Of a stretch of DNA of 64,000 nt, positions 19,346 to 29,578 are shown piece by piece. The DNA comes from an uncultured Chloroflexia bacterium (GTDB lineage Bacteria; Chloroflexota; Chloroflexia; QHBQ01; JADMIH01): NCBI GenBank assembly GCA_963797095.1, contig CAWCNY010000002.1, forward strand, positions 992,001-1,056,000, read 5' to 3'. How positions within the stretch are numbered: the stretch's first letter is position 1; each line of letters begins with the position of its first letter. Both the position numbers and the translations under genes were made by a program. The notes under the pieces were generated by a model, which did not search any database, was not told where the DNA came from, and saw only the letters and a program-made list of their open reading frames with translations.

Positions 19346-20620
19346 ATGAAGGTAACTGACAGTAGCTTCCCAAATGTTTCAGGCGAGAGGTTCTCTATCT
19401 CGCTGAGCGAGTATGGCTCGGTTGAGGTTGCGTTACCCATCGAGGTTTATAGCCTGCTGCGCTCGCGGTATTCGAAGCAAATAGAGGTAGCTCATACCGG
19501 GCGTGAGGGCGTCTACAGGGTCGCGGCCCGCGATTATGTTGGGCGGATCAGCCTGCCGGGCGGGATGCTGGTGATCAGGCCGAAGGTTAGCGTGGGCAAC
19601 CTGTTCTATATGCTGTGCGCCGATGCGGGTTTGGCCGACTTTCACCCTCCACCTATGGGCTTGCATGAGGACGACGAGATATTCCCGTTCATCCTGGCTG
19701 CGCTGCTTAACGCCATCGAGACGGCGGTGGCAAGTGGGCTGTATCGCGACTATAACAGGCGCGAGGACCGCATACCTTATGTGCGGGGCCGCATTCTGCT
19801 CGGCGAGCAGGTGCGGCATGGTTGGCTTCAGCACTTGCATACCTGCGCTTATGCCGATCATAGCTTCGACACACCTGAAAACAGGGTGCTGGCGGCTACC
19901 CTTCGCTTGCTTCCGGCTCTGCTCAGGAGGCGCGAAGCGGAGGATGGGTTGGCGGCGCGAGCACGAAGCCTGCTCCGGCATTTCGGTGAGGTGGCGGCGA
20001 TCCGGCGCGGAGAGGCGGTAGCTCTGCTGCCTCGGCTGCAAATACACCGGCTCAATGCGGCTTATGGGCCCGCTCTTGCCCTTTGCGGGCTGGCTTTGCG
20101 CGGCCTGACGCTGAACGAGCAAGCGGGGGCGCACCCCTACGCTTCCTTCCTGGTGCAGATGCCCAGGCTTTTCGAGAGTTTTCTGACCAAGCGGCTTGCA
20201 AGGCTGCTGCCGAGGTATGGGCTGCGAGTGGTCGCGCAACGGCACGATTATCTGGACGAAGCGCGGACGGTTGGGATCAGGCCCGATGTGCTTGTTTTCG
20301 CGCGTCGAGAGGCCGCTCCGAGGCTTGTGCTCGATGCCAAGTATCGCCGGTCGGAAGGCCCTGATGCCGACCCCAACCGCGACCTGTACCAGGTGAGCGC
20401 TTATCTCGACCGCTATGGATTGAGAGAGGGGGGGCTGGTGTACCCACGCTTCGAGGGTGAGGAGGGTGCGCGTATGAAGCTGCGCGGGACGCCCAAGCAC
20501 CTGCATATTTTGACCCTCGACCTGGGCGCGACCACACCTGCCTTGCTTGACGAGAAGTGCGCTTTGCTTGCACGGCAGGTGGCACAACTTTCCGGTGGGG
20601 TTGGGGCCTCTGATAGTTAG
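19346..20620 (+). CDS. mcrC: McrC-family PD-(D/E)XK nuclease subunit
   Basis: YVGRI, IRPKV, RGRI, DTPENRVL, LFESF, IRPDVL..VLDAKY..DLYQVSAY. Confidence 0.9.
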   Translation: MKVTDSSFPNVSGERFSISLSEYGSVEVALPIEVYSLLRSRYSKQIEVAHTGREGVYRVAARDYVGRISLPGGMLVIRPKVSVGNLFYMLCADAGLADFHPPPMGLHEDDEIFPFILAALLNAIETAVASGLYRDYNRREDRIPYVRGRILLGEQVRHGWLQHLHTCAYADHSFDTPENRVLAATLRLLPALLRRREAEDGLAARARSLLRHFGEVAAIRRGEAVALLPRLQIHRLNAAYGPALALCGLALRGLTLNEQAGAHPYASFLVQMPRLFESFLTKRLARLLPRYGLRVVAQRHDYLDEARTVGIRPDVLVFARREAAPRLVLDAKYRRSEGPDADPNRDLYQVSAYLDRYGLREGGLVYPRFEGEEGARMKLRGTPKHLHILTLDLGATTPALLDEKCALLARQVAQLSGGVGASDS

Positions 20621-20725
20621 GCTGGCGCTTCGCTTTGCTTCCTGAGGTGGTTTGTCAGATGTTGTAGGCCAAATGGGTGATTGTTGCATCTTCTTCCGCC
20701 TTTCTTCGGGCAGGTTTGCGATTTT

Positions 20726-20808
20726 GGGTTGGACTTGCCCTCATTAACTTAATGTCATAAGTCGGACAAAACGGGACAGGTTTTGGGGTGTACTTAAGTA
20801 CAGTTTTT
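20726..20808 (-). repeat. Dispersed ~83-bp intergenic element, copy 2
   Basis: Reverse complement reads AAAAACTGTACTTAAGTACACCCCAAAACCTGTCCCGTTTTGTCC...GAGGGCAAGTCCAACCC. Confidence 0.85.
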
Positions 20809-21148
20809 AGTAGGTCGGAGTATTGTGCGCGGAGGGTATAAGGTGGGGTTACAGGGCTAATGCAAAGTCAGATAAGGCGGTGGGAAAGGCCGCCCATCCA
20901 GGCCTTGTCATTCTGAACGAAGTGAAGAATGACATAACCAAACCTGGTGTGTCCGATACCGACTTTGCATCAGCCGTACATGAGCCTGTGGCACACCCCC
21001 AAGGATGAAAATTGGCCAAGCGCCTGGTGCAGTTGTTGGTTACAGCGCCTACTTTCAGGTCAGCCCTGGGTGGGGTTAAGAGTGATGCGTGTTGTGGGTG
21101 GGGCGGATGCTATAATTGTTTTTACGATTGCAACCCTTACCTCCTTCG

Positions 21149-23383
21149 ATGGTTAATTACACTGTGAGCACGCACACTACGACGCATCCCCAGACACAAG
21201 AGATCGAGCCTGCACGTCGCGAGGGCATCGCGAGGGTGCAACTGCGGTCAATCGCCTTGCAGCCGTGGCTGTGGGTGGGCGGGTTGACCTTGCTTGCTTT
21301 TGCGTTGCGGCGATTTCACCTGGGCGCGGAGTCGCTATGGTTCGATGAGGCGGATATCGTGGCGCAGGCCCGCCAGCCGCTTGGCAACTTGCTCGATGGA
21401 TTCGCCAGAGCGGGCGAGAACGGCCCTCTCTACACGCTGATGCTTCATTTCTGGATGGCACTCTATGATGGCGTGCCGGGGGTTGCGCGCGCTATGCACC
21501 TCCTGTTCGGGTCGAGCTACGAAGCGCCGATACGCGGCCTCTCGATGCTGTTCGGGACGGCGGGCATACCGGCGATGTACGCGCTGGCACGCAAGATAGG
21601 CGGTACTGCTCTGGGCTTGATTTCGGCGGCGTTGCTGGCTATCAACCCGTTCGACCTGTGGTACTCACAGGACGCCAAGATGTACACCTTGCTTGTGCTG
21701 ATGACCCTGCTCACCACATGGCTCGTTATGCTGGCTGTCGAGCGCAATACAGTGGGATTGTGGGTAGCGTATGTGGTCGCCACATGGGTGATGCTCACGT
21801 CGCACAGCCTGTCGGGTCTGGTGCTGCTGGCCCAGGTGGCCGCGCTGCCGTTCCTGTTGCGGGCGCGCAGATGGCAAGTGGCGTCGAGGTCCACCAATGA
21901 GGCAGACGGGCAACCCGGGAAGCGTAACCCGAACTGGATATGGGCGTTCTTGCTTATCGTGCTGCCGGTGCTGCCTATCGTGTGGCTGCGGGCCGCCGCC
22001 GTGCTGACGGGCACGGTCGATTCGGGCAACTGGTATACAAGCACCACTCTCCCGGATATACTGCTCACCATTTTCGTGAAGTTCGCGGTAAACCAGGCGG
22101 TGCCCTGGGAGATCGCGGACGGTCTTTCGCTCTCGTGGGAGGGGGTTGGAGCGCTTGCCATGGGCGTACTCGCGGTGACAGGGGTGGTGGCGCTTGTCAG
22201 GCGGCCCCGTATCGTTGTGCGCCGACCTGCAACTGCAAGCTCAGGTGAAACGATACAGGAAGACCGGGTGTTGCACAACAGGTACCAGTATCATGCTCGA
22301 TCCGCGATTGTGCTTGCGCTGTGGTTGGTGCCCGTGCTGGTGTTCTGGGTGCTTACGCTGGCTCTGCCGTTGTTTCACCCTCGCTATCTGATTATGGCGC
22401 TGCTGGCATATCTGATCATGGCGTCAGCCGGGATCGTGGCGTTCAGACGGATAAACATGCTTGGACTGGTGGTGCTGCTGGGTCTATTGGCGGTTTCGAC
22501 GGGGGCCGCTCTTGCCAGTATCAATTACTCGGCGCAGCCGCAGAAGGAGGATTGGCGGGGGGCTATGCAGTACGTGCAGGACCACCTGCGGCTGCGCGAC
22601 GTGATCGTGCCGTTCCCCGGCTATCTGCAAACGGCGGTGAACCTCTACTACAAACCCGGAGGGACGGCACTGGTCCCGGACCGCCCGGTAAGCACGGTCA
22701 AGAGCCTGGGCACCGAGAACTACGGCACCCGCGAGATGGAGGAGGATTTACGCAGCATAGCGCAGTGCAACGAGCGGGCGTGGCTGGTGGTGTCGCCTGT
22801 GAGAGCGGATGGGGAAGACCCTGAGCAGAAGGTGCTACAGTGGTTCCAGTACAACTTCATGACATTTGATACGCAGGTGTTCAATGGGGTAACAGTGTAC
22901 GGGATCGCGTTCAACAGCGTATACGATTGCTGGTCGCCGAACCCTGATTACAGCGAGCCTCATCAATTTGAGAACGGGCTGAGGTTCCTGGGCTATATTT
23001 ACGAACTGCGCGACCAGAGCCAGCAGCCTGTGCAGCCTGACGCGTCGTATTTGCCTCTCACGTTGTTCTGGCGCACCGACAAGCAACTGACAGGGGACTA
23101 CGAGTTTCGCATCCAGGTGATCTCGCCATCGGGCGAGGTAGTGAAAGACGAGGCGCTTGGGCTGGAGAACGGGTACTTCCCCGCGACGCAGCTACACCCG
23201 GACGTGACGGTGATGGACTACCGGGATATTCGTCTACCGGGGGGGCTTATGCCGGGGGATTACCGGGTGACGGTGCAGGTATATCCGAGGGGAGAGCCGG
23301 ACAGCCCGCTCAAGCTGGTGGGTGAGGATGGGAATACGATCACATTGGGGCAGACGGTGAAGGTAGTGCCGTGGCAGCCTTGA
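21149..23383 (+). CDS. GT-C / family 39 (PMT-like) glycosyltransferase
   Basis: SLWFDEA, PLY..LHFW, YSQDAKMY, many TM helices, PRY, EDWRGA, C-terminal extracellular domain; start uncertain. Confidence 0.88.
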   Translation: MVNYTVSTHTTTHPQTQEIEPARREGIARVQLRSIALQPWLWVGGLTLLAFALRRFHLGAESLWFDEADIVAQARQPLGNLLDGFARAGENGPLYTLMLHFWMALYDGVPGVARAMHLLFGSSYEAPIRGLSMLFGTAGIPAMYALARKIGGTALGLISAALLAINPFDLWYSQDAKMYTLLVLMTLLTTWLVMLAVERNTVGLWVAYVVATWVMLTSHSLSGLVLLAQVAALPFLLRARRWQVASRSTNEADGQPGKRNPNWIWAFLLIVLPVLPIVWLRAAAVLTGTVDSGNWYTSTTLPDILLTIFVKFAVNQAVPWEIADGLSLSWEGVGALAMGVLAVTGVVALVRRPRIVVRRPATASSGETIQEDRVLHNRYQYHARSAIVLALWLVPVLVFWVLTLALPLFHPRYLIMALLAYLIMASAGIVAFRRINMLGLVVLLGLLAVSTGAALASINYSAQPQKEDWRGAMQYVQDHLRLRDVIVPFPGYLQTAVNLYYKPGGTALVPDRPVSTVKSLGTENYGTREMEEDLRSIAQCNERAWLVVSPVRADGEDPEQKVLQWFQYNFMTFDTQVFNGVTVYGIAFNSVYDCWSPNPDYSEPHQFENGLRFLGYIYELRDQSQQPVQPDASYLPLTLFWRTDKQLTGDYEFRIQVISPSGEVVKDEALGLENGYFPATQLHPDVTVMDYRDIRLPGGLMPGDYRVTVQVYPRGEPDSPLKLVGEDGNTITLGQTVKVVPWQP

Positions 23384-23384
23384 T

Positions 23385-25106
23385 TTACTCGATCCACCAG
23401 ACGTTGACGTTCCACAGGTAGCGGGGCGAAGAGAAATCTATATCTCCGTGCAGGGATGGTGCTGCTACCACGCCGAATTTCTGCGCCCACAGGAAATAAT
23501 AGGGAAGCTGGTCGGCTACGATAGCCTGCATGCGGTCGTACATACTCTTGCGCTGGTTGAAATCGTAGGTGGCACGGGCGCTGAAGGCAAGGGCGTCGTA
23601 TTCGGGAGCCTGGAAGCCGGGGATATTGAGGAGGGCGGGGGCGACCACGGTGGGTATCTGGGTGGAGTGGAAAAGAGCGAACAAGTCGGGGTCGAAGCCT
23701 GTGCGGGTCCAGCCGAGCATCACCAGGTCGAAGTTGAAAGGCGGGTTGGTGGTGGGGCTGATGCGGGCCAGGATGGATGTCTGGAAGTCGGCGGGCTGGA
23801 CGGTGAGGCTGATGCCCACCTGTGCTAGAGGGTCTACCATTTCCTGCGCGGCCTTGAGGCGCACGTCGCTGTCGTTACGCACATAGAGGGAGACGGCGAG
23901 CGGTTTGCCATCTCTATCGACCACGCCATCGCCGTTGGTGTCGGACCAACCGGCATCCGCCAGCAATTTGCGAGCCTGGTCGGGGTTGCCGTTTAGTTGA
24001 GGAGCATCGGGGTTGTAGGCCCAGGAGGCTTTGTTGACATCGGTCCAGACCGGGTCGTCGGCCCCACCTGTGGCATCGAAGACGAGCTTTTGCTTGTCGA
24101 GAGCGAGTGCGAACGCCTGGCGTAAGCGGGTGTCGCTGAAAACATGGGTTTCGCGCAGGTTAAATGCTATGAAGTCGTAACCCAACTCGTTGTACGACCC
24201 GCCTTTGATGCCCTTGCCCTCGCCGACCAGACGTTCGGCGGAGGCGGGAGATAGCTGAGCCAGCTGTAGAGTGTTGTTGCGGATGGCATCTTCGGCGATG
24301 CCATTATCGGGTGCCACAACGAACACCACGCGCTCGATCAGCGGGCCGCCGCCATAGTAGTGTTCGTTGGCCGCGAGAGAGATAGATTGGCCCTGCCTGC
24401 GCTCATCAAGTTTGAATGGCCCTGTTCCCACCGGTTTATCATTGAAGGGGCTGGTAGCGAGGTCGGTGGGAGTTGTGCCCGATAGTATGTGGCTTGGCAG
24501 TACGGGGAGGGCCATATCGGCCAGGATGGGGGAATATGGGCCTTTGAGCGTGAATCGGACGGTGGAGGTAACCGGGTCTATGGCCTCTACTTTCTGCACC
24601 CACTCCTGAAGGTGGACCATAGCCGTGTTCTGGGCAGGCACCTGTCTGAGTGTATCGTACGACCAGATCACGTCCTGGGCGGTGAAAGGAGCGCCGTCCT
24701 GCCATGTAACATCCCGGCGAAGATGGAAGGTGAGGGTGGTGCCATCGGGGCCGGCCTCCCAGCGTTCGGCGAGGTCGGGTTGGGGCTGGAGGTGGTTATC
24801 TATTTTGGTCAGGCCGGAGAAGATCAGGCCCATGACCTCCTGGGCGTTCTCGTCATAGCCCACGAACCAGGGGTTGAGGGACCAATAGGTGCCATCGGAG
24901 CGTGCGTCGTTAGCCAGCCGGATATTGAGGGTGCCTGAGCGCGGCTTGTCGGGGACGGTTGGTGTGGGGGGTGGGGGAGGTGCGGGGGTGGGCTGAGGGG
25001 TGGGATTTATGTCGCACCCTGCCAGGGACGGCAGCAAGGCGACGAGAGCCAACAGAAGTGGAAGAAAATGCGGCACGCTCAGCGCGCGCCGGGCGTTGTG
25101 TGGCAT
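23385..25106 (-). CDS. Peptide/nickel ABC transporter substrate-binding lipoprotein (family 5)
   Basis: Lipobox LAGC, PDLAERW, FTAQDV, PVGTGPF, RQAFALALD. Confidence 0.93.
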   Translation of the reverse strand: MPHNARRALSVPHFLPLLLALVALLPSLAGCDINPTPQPTPAPPPPPTPTVPDKPRSGTLNIRLANDARSDGTYWSLNPWFVGYDENAQEVMGLIFSGLTKIDNHLQPQPDLAERWEAGPDGTTLTFHLRRDVTWQDGAPFTAQDVIWSYDTLRQVPAQNTAMVHLQEWVQKVEAIDPVTSTVRFTLKGPYSPILADMALPVLPSHILSGTTPTDLATSPFNDKPVGTGPFKLDERRQGQSISLAANEHYYGGGPLIERVVFVVAPDNGIAEDAIRNNTLQLAQLSPASAERLVGEGKGIKGGSYNELGYDFIAFNLRETHVFSDTRLRQAFALALDKQKLVFDATGGADDPVWTDVNKASWAYNPDAPQLNGNPDQARKLLADAGWSDTNGDGVVDRDGKPLAVSLYVRNDSDVRLKAAQEMVDPLAQVGISLTVQPADFQTSILARISPTTNPPFNFDLVMLGWTRTGFDPDLFALFHSTQIPTVVAPALLNIPGFQAPEYDALAFSARATYDFNQRKSMYDRMQAIVADQLPYYFLWAQKFGVVAAPSLHGDIDFSSPRYLWNVNVWWIE

Positions 25107-25431
25107 ACCGTATTATACAGTACGGGCAGATTTGGGTAGATGGTAAAAGGGACTTGAGGCGGATCCAGCCTCTTAATCCCATCGTTTGGCACGCTCAAAT
25201 GTACGCCTGACATGCATTTTGTTAGTACCAATGTCTCGTAAACAATAACCCTTATATAACACCAATGAGCATTGTTGCAAAGAATAGCCATATGCTACAA
25301 TTTCCGTACTCTTACTAGATATAGTATCTCTTTGTGCTATCCACTTAGTAGGGACGGCTCCAGCGTGGGCGTTGGATGAGGCTCTTATTGAGTTTGAAGC
25401 AAGAAAGGGATCGCAAGCGAGCGTAGGCCCG

Positions 25432-27858
25432 ATGGCGAACGAAAGTGACCGCCTGGCGCACATTTTCATATGGAAGCAGACTGGCGCACACGACATAGAG
25501 TACGCGCGCCACGTGCTGAGTGTAGTTAATCCTAACGCACTACGAGTCCTCGATGAGGACGATCCGCCCCTGCGCTTTTTCACGCTCTACGGCCAGTGGC
25601 CTGAAGATCCGTGGGCGTATGCCCTGTACGATATGCGCTCAACCCCCAATCCGGAAGGCAACGAGTGGACCGATATTACCAAGTACGATCTTGCGGGGTG
25701 GCAGGGCACCGATCAGCGCACAGGGGAGCATCTTTTCATAGTTACCGCATATAGAAAGGCTAACGGGGCGACCGAGGCGTTCCAGGTAGCACCTATGCCC
25801 GCTCCGTCGCACTCCGCGACTCCGCCCGTGCCGCAAGTCCCCTATTATCCCCAGCACCCCACAGGCCCGCTCCAGTGGCCGCCAGGCGATACGGCATCGT
25901 CGATGGCTATGCCTTTTCAGGCCCAGGGCGCAGGAACGGAAGAAGTACAAGGGGAGAGAGGAGCGCGGCCTGCGCAAGCGGTCGAGCAGCCGCCTGAGGC
26001 GGCGCAACAAGAATCGGGGCAGGCGGGACGAGCCAGCGCTGGGCGGACAGGCCAGCCCGGAGGGAGTGCATATCCCCCGATTTACACCAGAGCGCTGGGC
26101 GGGCAGGTTCCGGCAGTGACGGGGGGCGACCTGCTGCCGGATAGCTACGCACCTTACTATGCGGGCTTCGCGCCGAGGTTGCTGGCTGGGCTGATCGATT
26201 TCTTTTTCGCGGGGCTGCTGGTAATTGCGGGCGTTTACATCGTGCTTGTTGTAAGGGGGAATGTAACTATCACCGATTTCGGGTCGTGGGTGGCCGCATA
26301 TGGCCCGCCCGCCGCTACTGCACTCATCATATTCGCGCTCTACCATATTGTGCAGTGGGCAATATGGGGGCGCACGCTTGGCAAGTACCTGATGGGGATA
26401 AAGGTGGTCGCGGCCAACGGAGATAAACCTGGCCTGAGTAGATCGCTGGTCAGGATGTTGGGCTACTTCTTCTCTTTCTTCGGGGGCTTCCTGATGATAG
26501 CCTTCGACCCGCGCAGGCAAGGTTTGCACGATAAGCTGGCCGAAACCTATGTGGTACCGGATACACCCGGCGCTGCGGTGCCGAGAGGACTGCCCGGCTA
26601 CGCTACTCCTGTGGCGGGTATTGGATTGCCGCCCAGGCAGCAAGGGCAACTACCGAGGCAGGCAGTGGCGGCGGCAACGGTAGCTGGGAGCCAGGCATAC
26701 GAGTTTGTAGAGATCGCGCCGGGCGCTTTTGAAACGGCGAGCACAGGTACGCTCAGCGATTTTCGCGGGCTGTACGGGGACGATAGGGGGCTTCAGACGG
26801 TGATGATGCTGCCCGATATCCCCGATGACACGTCTGTTGTGCGCCCAACGATCCCATTCGACACAGAGTCGGCCTTGTCGGGTCAGTTGGAGGGCGTGCC
26901 CGATACAACCTCCTCATTGACAGGTTCACTGGCAGGCCCACAGAGGCGCAGGCAGGGCGGCTACATGGTCGATAGGGCACGTGAGCTATACCGCCAGGGG
27001 ATCGAGCACCTGTCGAGCGGTGTGCAGCCGAGCGCTCGCGGCTACAAGATCGAGTCGGGCGCGGCGCGCTTGGCGGCGCTTGCGTTCAAGGGGGCTGTGG
27101 AACTTGTGCCCACCTCGGTGCTCTACAGGTATTTCTATGGTGTTGCGCTGCGATATTCGGAGGGTTTTGAGCTGGCGATTGGCGAGTTCAGGCGGGTGCT
27201 GGAACTGGACCCGAACTACTACGAAGCCCGGCAGCAGGTGGCCTACGGCCCAAGATGGCACGATGCGTTCGCTTATACGCCCTGGGAATCGCCTACAGGT
27301 GTTGATGTGGGGAGCGAGTTGCCGGGGTCTTTGCTGGCGCTGCTGCCACCGGGCAACGACCCGGTGACACGATTGGCGTTGTTGCGCGACGGCGTCGCGA
27401 AAGTGGTGTCGATACTTACCAGGACGCCGCGCTCTACCTGGGCCAAGCCTCTCACACCTGAATTGCCTGCGCATATCGACATGATGCTGTCGCGCACCCC
27501 GCATGGCCCGATCATCGCGTTCTACTTGATAGTGGAAGATAGGGCGGACGACCCGTACAAGGGTGAGACGTTCTTGAACCCCCACGATCCGGGCTATCCA
27601 ACTTATGATGCCTGCCAGTTGGGGCAGAACTTGGTGTCGCAACTGTCAAGGCAGGACCACACTTACTTGATCTTTGTGGACGAAAACAATAAACTGCTGA
27701 TGTCTCGCAAGCTGGAGTTCGACCCACAAACGCAGGTGAAGATCAATCACTGCATCTACGAAATTCAAACTCTGCCTGCCCAGGCAATGGACGCTCCTCG
27801 CTTCCAACTGGCTGCTCAATGGCACATGCAGAATATCCCGTTGGATCAGATCAAGTAG
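25432..27858 (+). CDS. Multidomain RDD-family membrane protein with a TPR-like region
   Basis: YAGFAPRLLAGLID, GRTLGKYLMGIKVV, RRQGLHDKLAETYV; later ELAIGEFRRVLELDPNY (TPR). Confidence 0.85.
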   Translation: MANESDRLAHIFIWKQTGAHDIEYARHVLSVVNPNALRVLDEDDPPLRFFTLYGQWPEDPWAYALYDMRSTPNPEGNEWTDITKYDLAGWQGTDQRTGEHLFIVTAYRKANGATEAFQVAPMPAPSHSATPPVPQVPYYPQHPTGPLQWPPGDTASSMAMPFQAQGAGTEEVQGERGARPAQAVEQPPEAAQQESGQAGRASAGRTGQPGGSAYPPIYTRALGGQVPAVTGGDLLPDSYAPYYAGFAPRLLAGLIDFFFAGLLVIAGVYIVLVVRGNVTITDFGSWVAAYGPPAATALIIFALYHIVQWAIWGRTLGKYLMGIKVVAANGDKPGLSRSLVRMLGYFFSFFGGFLMIAFDPRRQGLHDKLAETYVVPDTPGAAVPRGLPGYATPVAGIGLPPRQQGQLPRQAVAAATVAGSQAYEFVEIAPGAFETASTGTLSDFRGLYGDDRGLQTVMMLPDIPDDTSVVRPTIPFDTESALSGQLEGVPDTTSSLTGSLAGPQRRRQGGYMVDRARELYRQGIEHLSSGVQPSARGYKIESGAARLAALAFKGAVELVPTSVLYRYFYGVALRYSEGFELAIGEFRRVLELDPNYYEARQQVAYGPRWHDAFAYTPWESPTGVDVGSELPGSLLALLPPGNDPVTRLALLRDGVAKVVSILTRTPRSTWAKPLTPELPAHIDMMLSRTPHGPIIAFYLIVEDRADDPYKGETFLNPHDPGYPTYDACQLGQNLVSQLSRQDHTYLIFVDENNKLLMSRKLEFDPQTQVKINHCIYEIQTLPAQAMDAPRFQLAAQWHMQNIPLDQIK

Positions 27859-27885
27859 TACCGAGTACCGAGTACCGAGTACCGA
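27858..27885. repeat. Heptamer tandem repeat GTACCGA x4, with inverse-like copies at 27901-27923
   Basis: Directly visible after the stop codon. Confidence 0.85.
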
Positions 27886-27931
27886 GTTGTCGGTAGACGG
27901 CACTCAGTACTCGGCACTCGGTACTATCTCT

Positions 27932-28411
27932 GTGACTTACGACGTTTCATCCCCCCAGGACGAATGGGCTGCGTTTCGAGTTGGGCAAGGGGTCTTGCTC
28001 GATGGGGAGCGCGTGCTTCTTTGCGGAAACAGGTGGTTCTCCGGTAAGCCTCTTGTGTGGACTTTGCCGGGAGGGCGCGCCGAGGATGGGGAAGGGGTCG
28101 CAGAGGCTCTTGTGCGCGAGTTCAGGGAAGAGACAGGCCTGGATGTAGAGGTGGGCGACCTGGCATACGTGGCCGAATCGAGGAGCGTGGTCCAGAGGAA
28201 GACTTATTTGGTTTGTGCGTTCTCGGTGCGGCGGTTGGGCGGCACGCTCCAATGCGATGGCGATCCGGCAGTGGAGGAGTTGCGCTGGGTTTCCCTTGAG
28301 GAACTGGATCAATTTGTCACCACACCCTCGCTAAGCGGCCCGTTGCGCGATTATCTGGAGCACCCACACGGTAGGGCGCGGTACTGGTTTTTCCCCGAAT
28401 ATACAACCTGA
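27932..28411 (+). CDS. NUDIX hydrolase
   Basis: WTLPGG..EDGE....ALVREFREETGL (Nudix box). Confidence 0.92.
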   Translation: MTYDVSSPQDEWAAFRVGQGVLLDGERVLLCGNRWFSGKPLVWTLPGGRAEDGEGVAEALVREFREETGLDVEVGDLAYVAESRSVVQRKTYLVCAFSVRRLGGTLQCDGDPAVEELRWVSLEELDQFVTTPSLSGPLRDYLEHPHGRARYWFFPEYTT

Positions 28412-28472
28412 GTTATTGCTTATAGGGCTGCGATAACCGGCAAAGACAGAGGGCATATGAAGAGAGGAGGCT

Positions 28473-28613
28473 TTATGCCTCCTCCAGTTCTTCCATCTCC
28501 TCTTCGGGGCCGAGCAGCCTGTTTGTCAGGTAGCCTGCCAGCCAGGTAGCTATTGTGGTGAGTACCAGGGTCAAAATGCCTTTGACCAGTCTTCGTGTAA
28601 CATCTTCATCCAT
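28473..28613 (-). CDS. 46-aa single-TM small protein
   Basis: MDEDVTRRLVKGILTLVLTTIATWLAGYLTNRLLGPEEEMEELEEA, with SD GAGGAGG upstream. Confidence 0.75.
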   Translation of the reverse strand: MDEDVTRRLVKGILTLVLTTIATWLAGYLTNRLLGPEEEMEELEEA

Positions 28614-28657
28614 TGGCGTGTAAGCCTCCTCTCGTTGTGTTGCGATTGGCCTGTGGT

Positions 28658-29575
28658 CTAGTGCTCCGGGAGCCAGGGACTGGTTCTTTGTTTCTTCTGA
28701 TCGCTTGCTCCTGCGTGCTCGACCGCCGCCAGAACGCGCAATCGCCGCACCTCGGCGGTTTCGGCTGTGAATTCGGCTCCGGCCAATATTATAAGCGATG
28801 AGAGGTAGATCCATGTAAGAAGGGCCACTACTGCGCCCAGAGTGCCATATACGGCGTCGTAGTTGGCGAAGTTGGAACCCAGGTAATAGGCGAAACCCTC
28901 TTTTACCAGGCCCCAGGCAATTGCCGCCAGTAACGCCCCCAGCCATACGTCACGGTAGGTCACGTCCATTCGCGGCAGGAGGCGATACATCAAGACGAAC
29001 ACCACAAAGATGATCGCCAGGGTACTGCCGAAGTTGATCAACTGCCACAGGATGTTTTCGCCGGGCACATGCCCGATAAGTTGGGCGGCGACTGCCCTGC
29101 CCGCAGCCAGGATAGAGGTAATCACGAGCGATGCAACCACCACTGCTGCCAGCACCGCCATCATGCCGAAGCCTATCAGCTTGCTTACAAAGAAGGTAGG
29201 ATATTTCTCGGTGTCCCAGGCGCGATTGATGGCTTTATCGAGCGCATCGAAGGCCCCGGACGCGGACCAGAAGAGGGTAAGCAAGCCGATGAGTGCAAAT
29301 ATGCCGGCATTCGACCGGTTGCTCAAGGCAGCTTCAATTGCATTTGATAGCAATTCGCTGGAACCGGGTATCACCCTGGTAATGTTGTCGTAGATAAGTT
29401 GGCGTGCCTGATCCTCTCCAACAATAAAGCTGAAGATTGTTACGGCGAGGATCAGGAGGGGGAACAGGCTAAAGAACGCGTAATACGTCAGGGCGGCGGC
29501 CATATTGCCGACGTCGTCTCGCCCGAACTCACGCCATGTGGCTCTCGCGATTGTAAGGAACTCTCTGCGGGTCAT
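28658..29575 (-). CDS. YihY/virulence factor BrkB family membrane protein
   Basis: AAALTYYAFFSLFPLL, YGTLGAVVALLTWIY, GAE. Confidence 0.92.
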   Translation of the reverse strand: MTRREFLTIARATWREFGRDDVGNMAAALTYYAFFSLFPLLILAVTIFSFIVGEDQARQLIYDNITRVIPGSSELLSNAIEAALSNRSNAGIFALIGLLTLFWSASGAFDALDKAINRAWDTEKYPTFFVSKLIGFGMMAVLAAVVVASLVITSILAAGRAVAAQLIGHVPGENILWQLINFGSTLAIIFVVFVLMYRLLPRMDVTYRDVWLGALLAAIAWGLVKEGFAYYLGSNFANYDAVYGTLGAVVALLTWIYLSSLIILAGAEFTAETAEVRRLRVLAAVEHAGASDQKKQRTSPWLPEH

Positions 29576-29578
29576 TCA

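Noticed and set aside
19433-20689. 418-aa minus-strand ORF starting just downstream of dispersed-element copy 2
   Set aside because: Almost entirely antisense to mcrC with no domain signature, and the other copies have no equivalent ORF.
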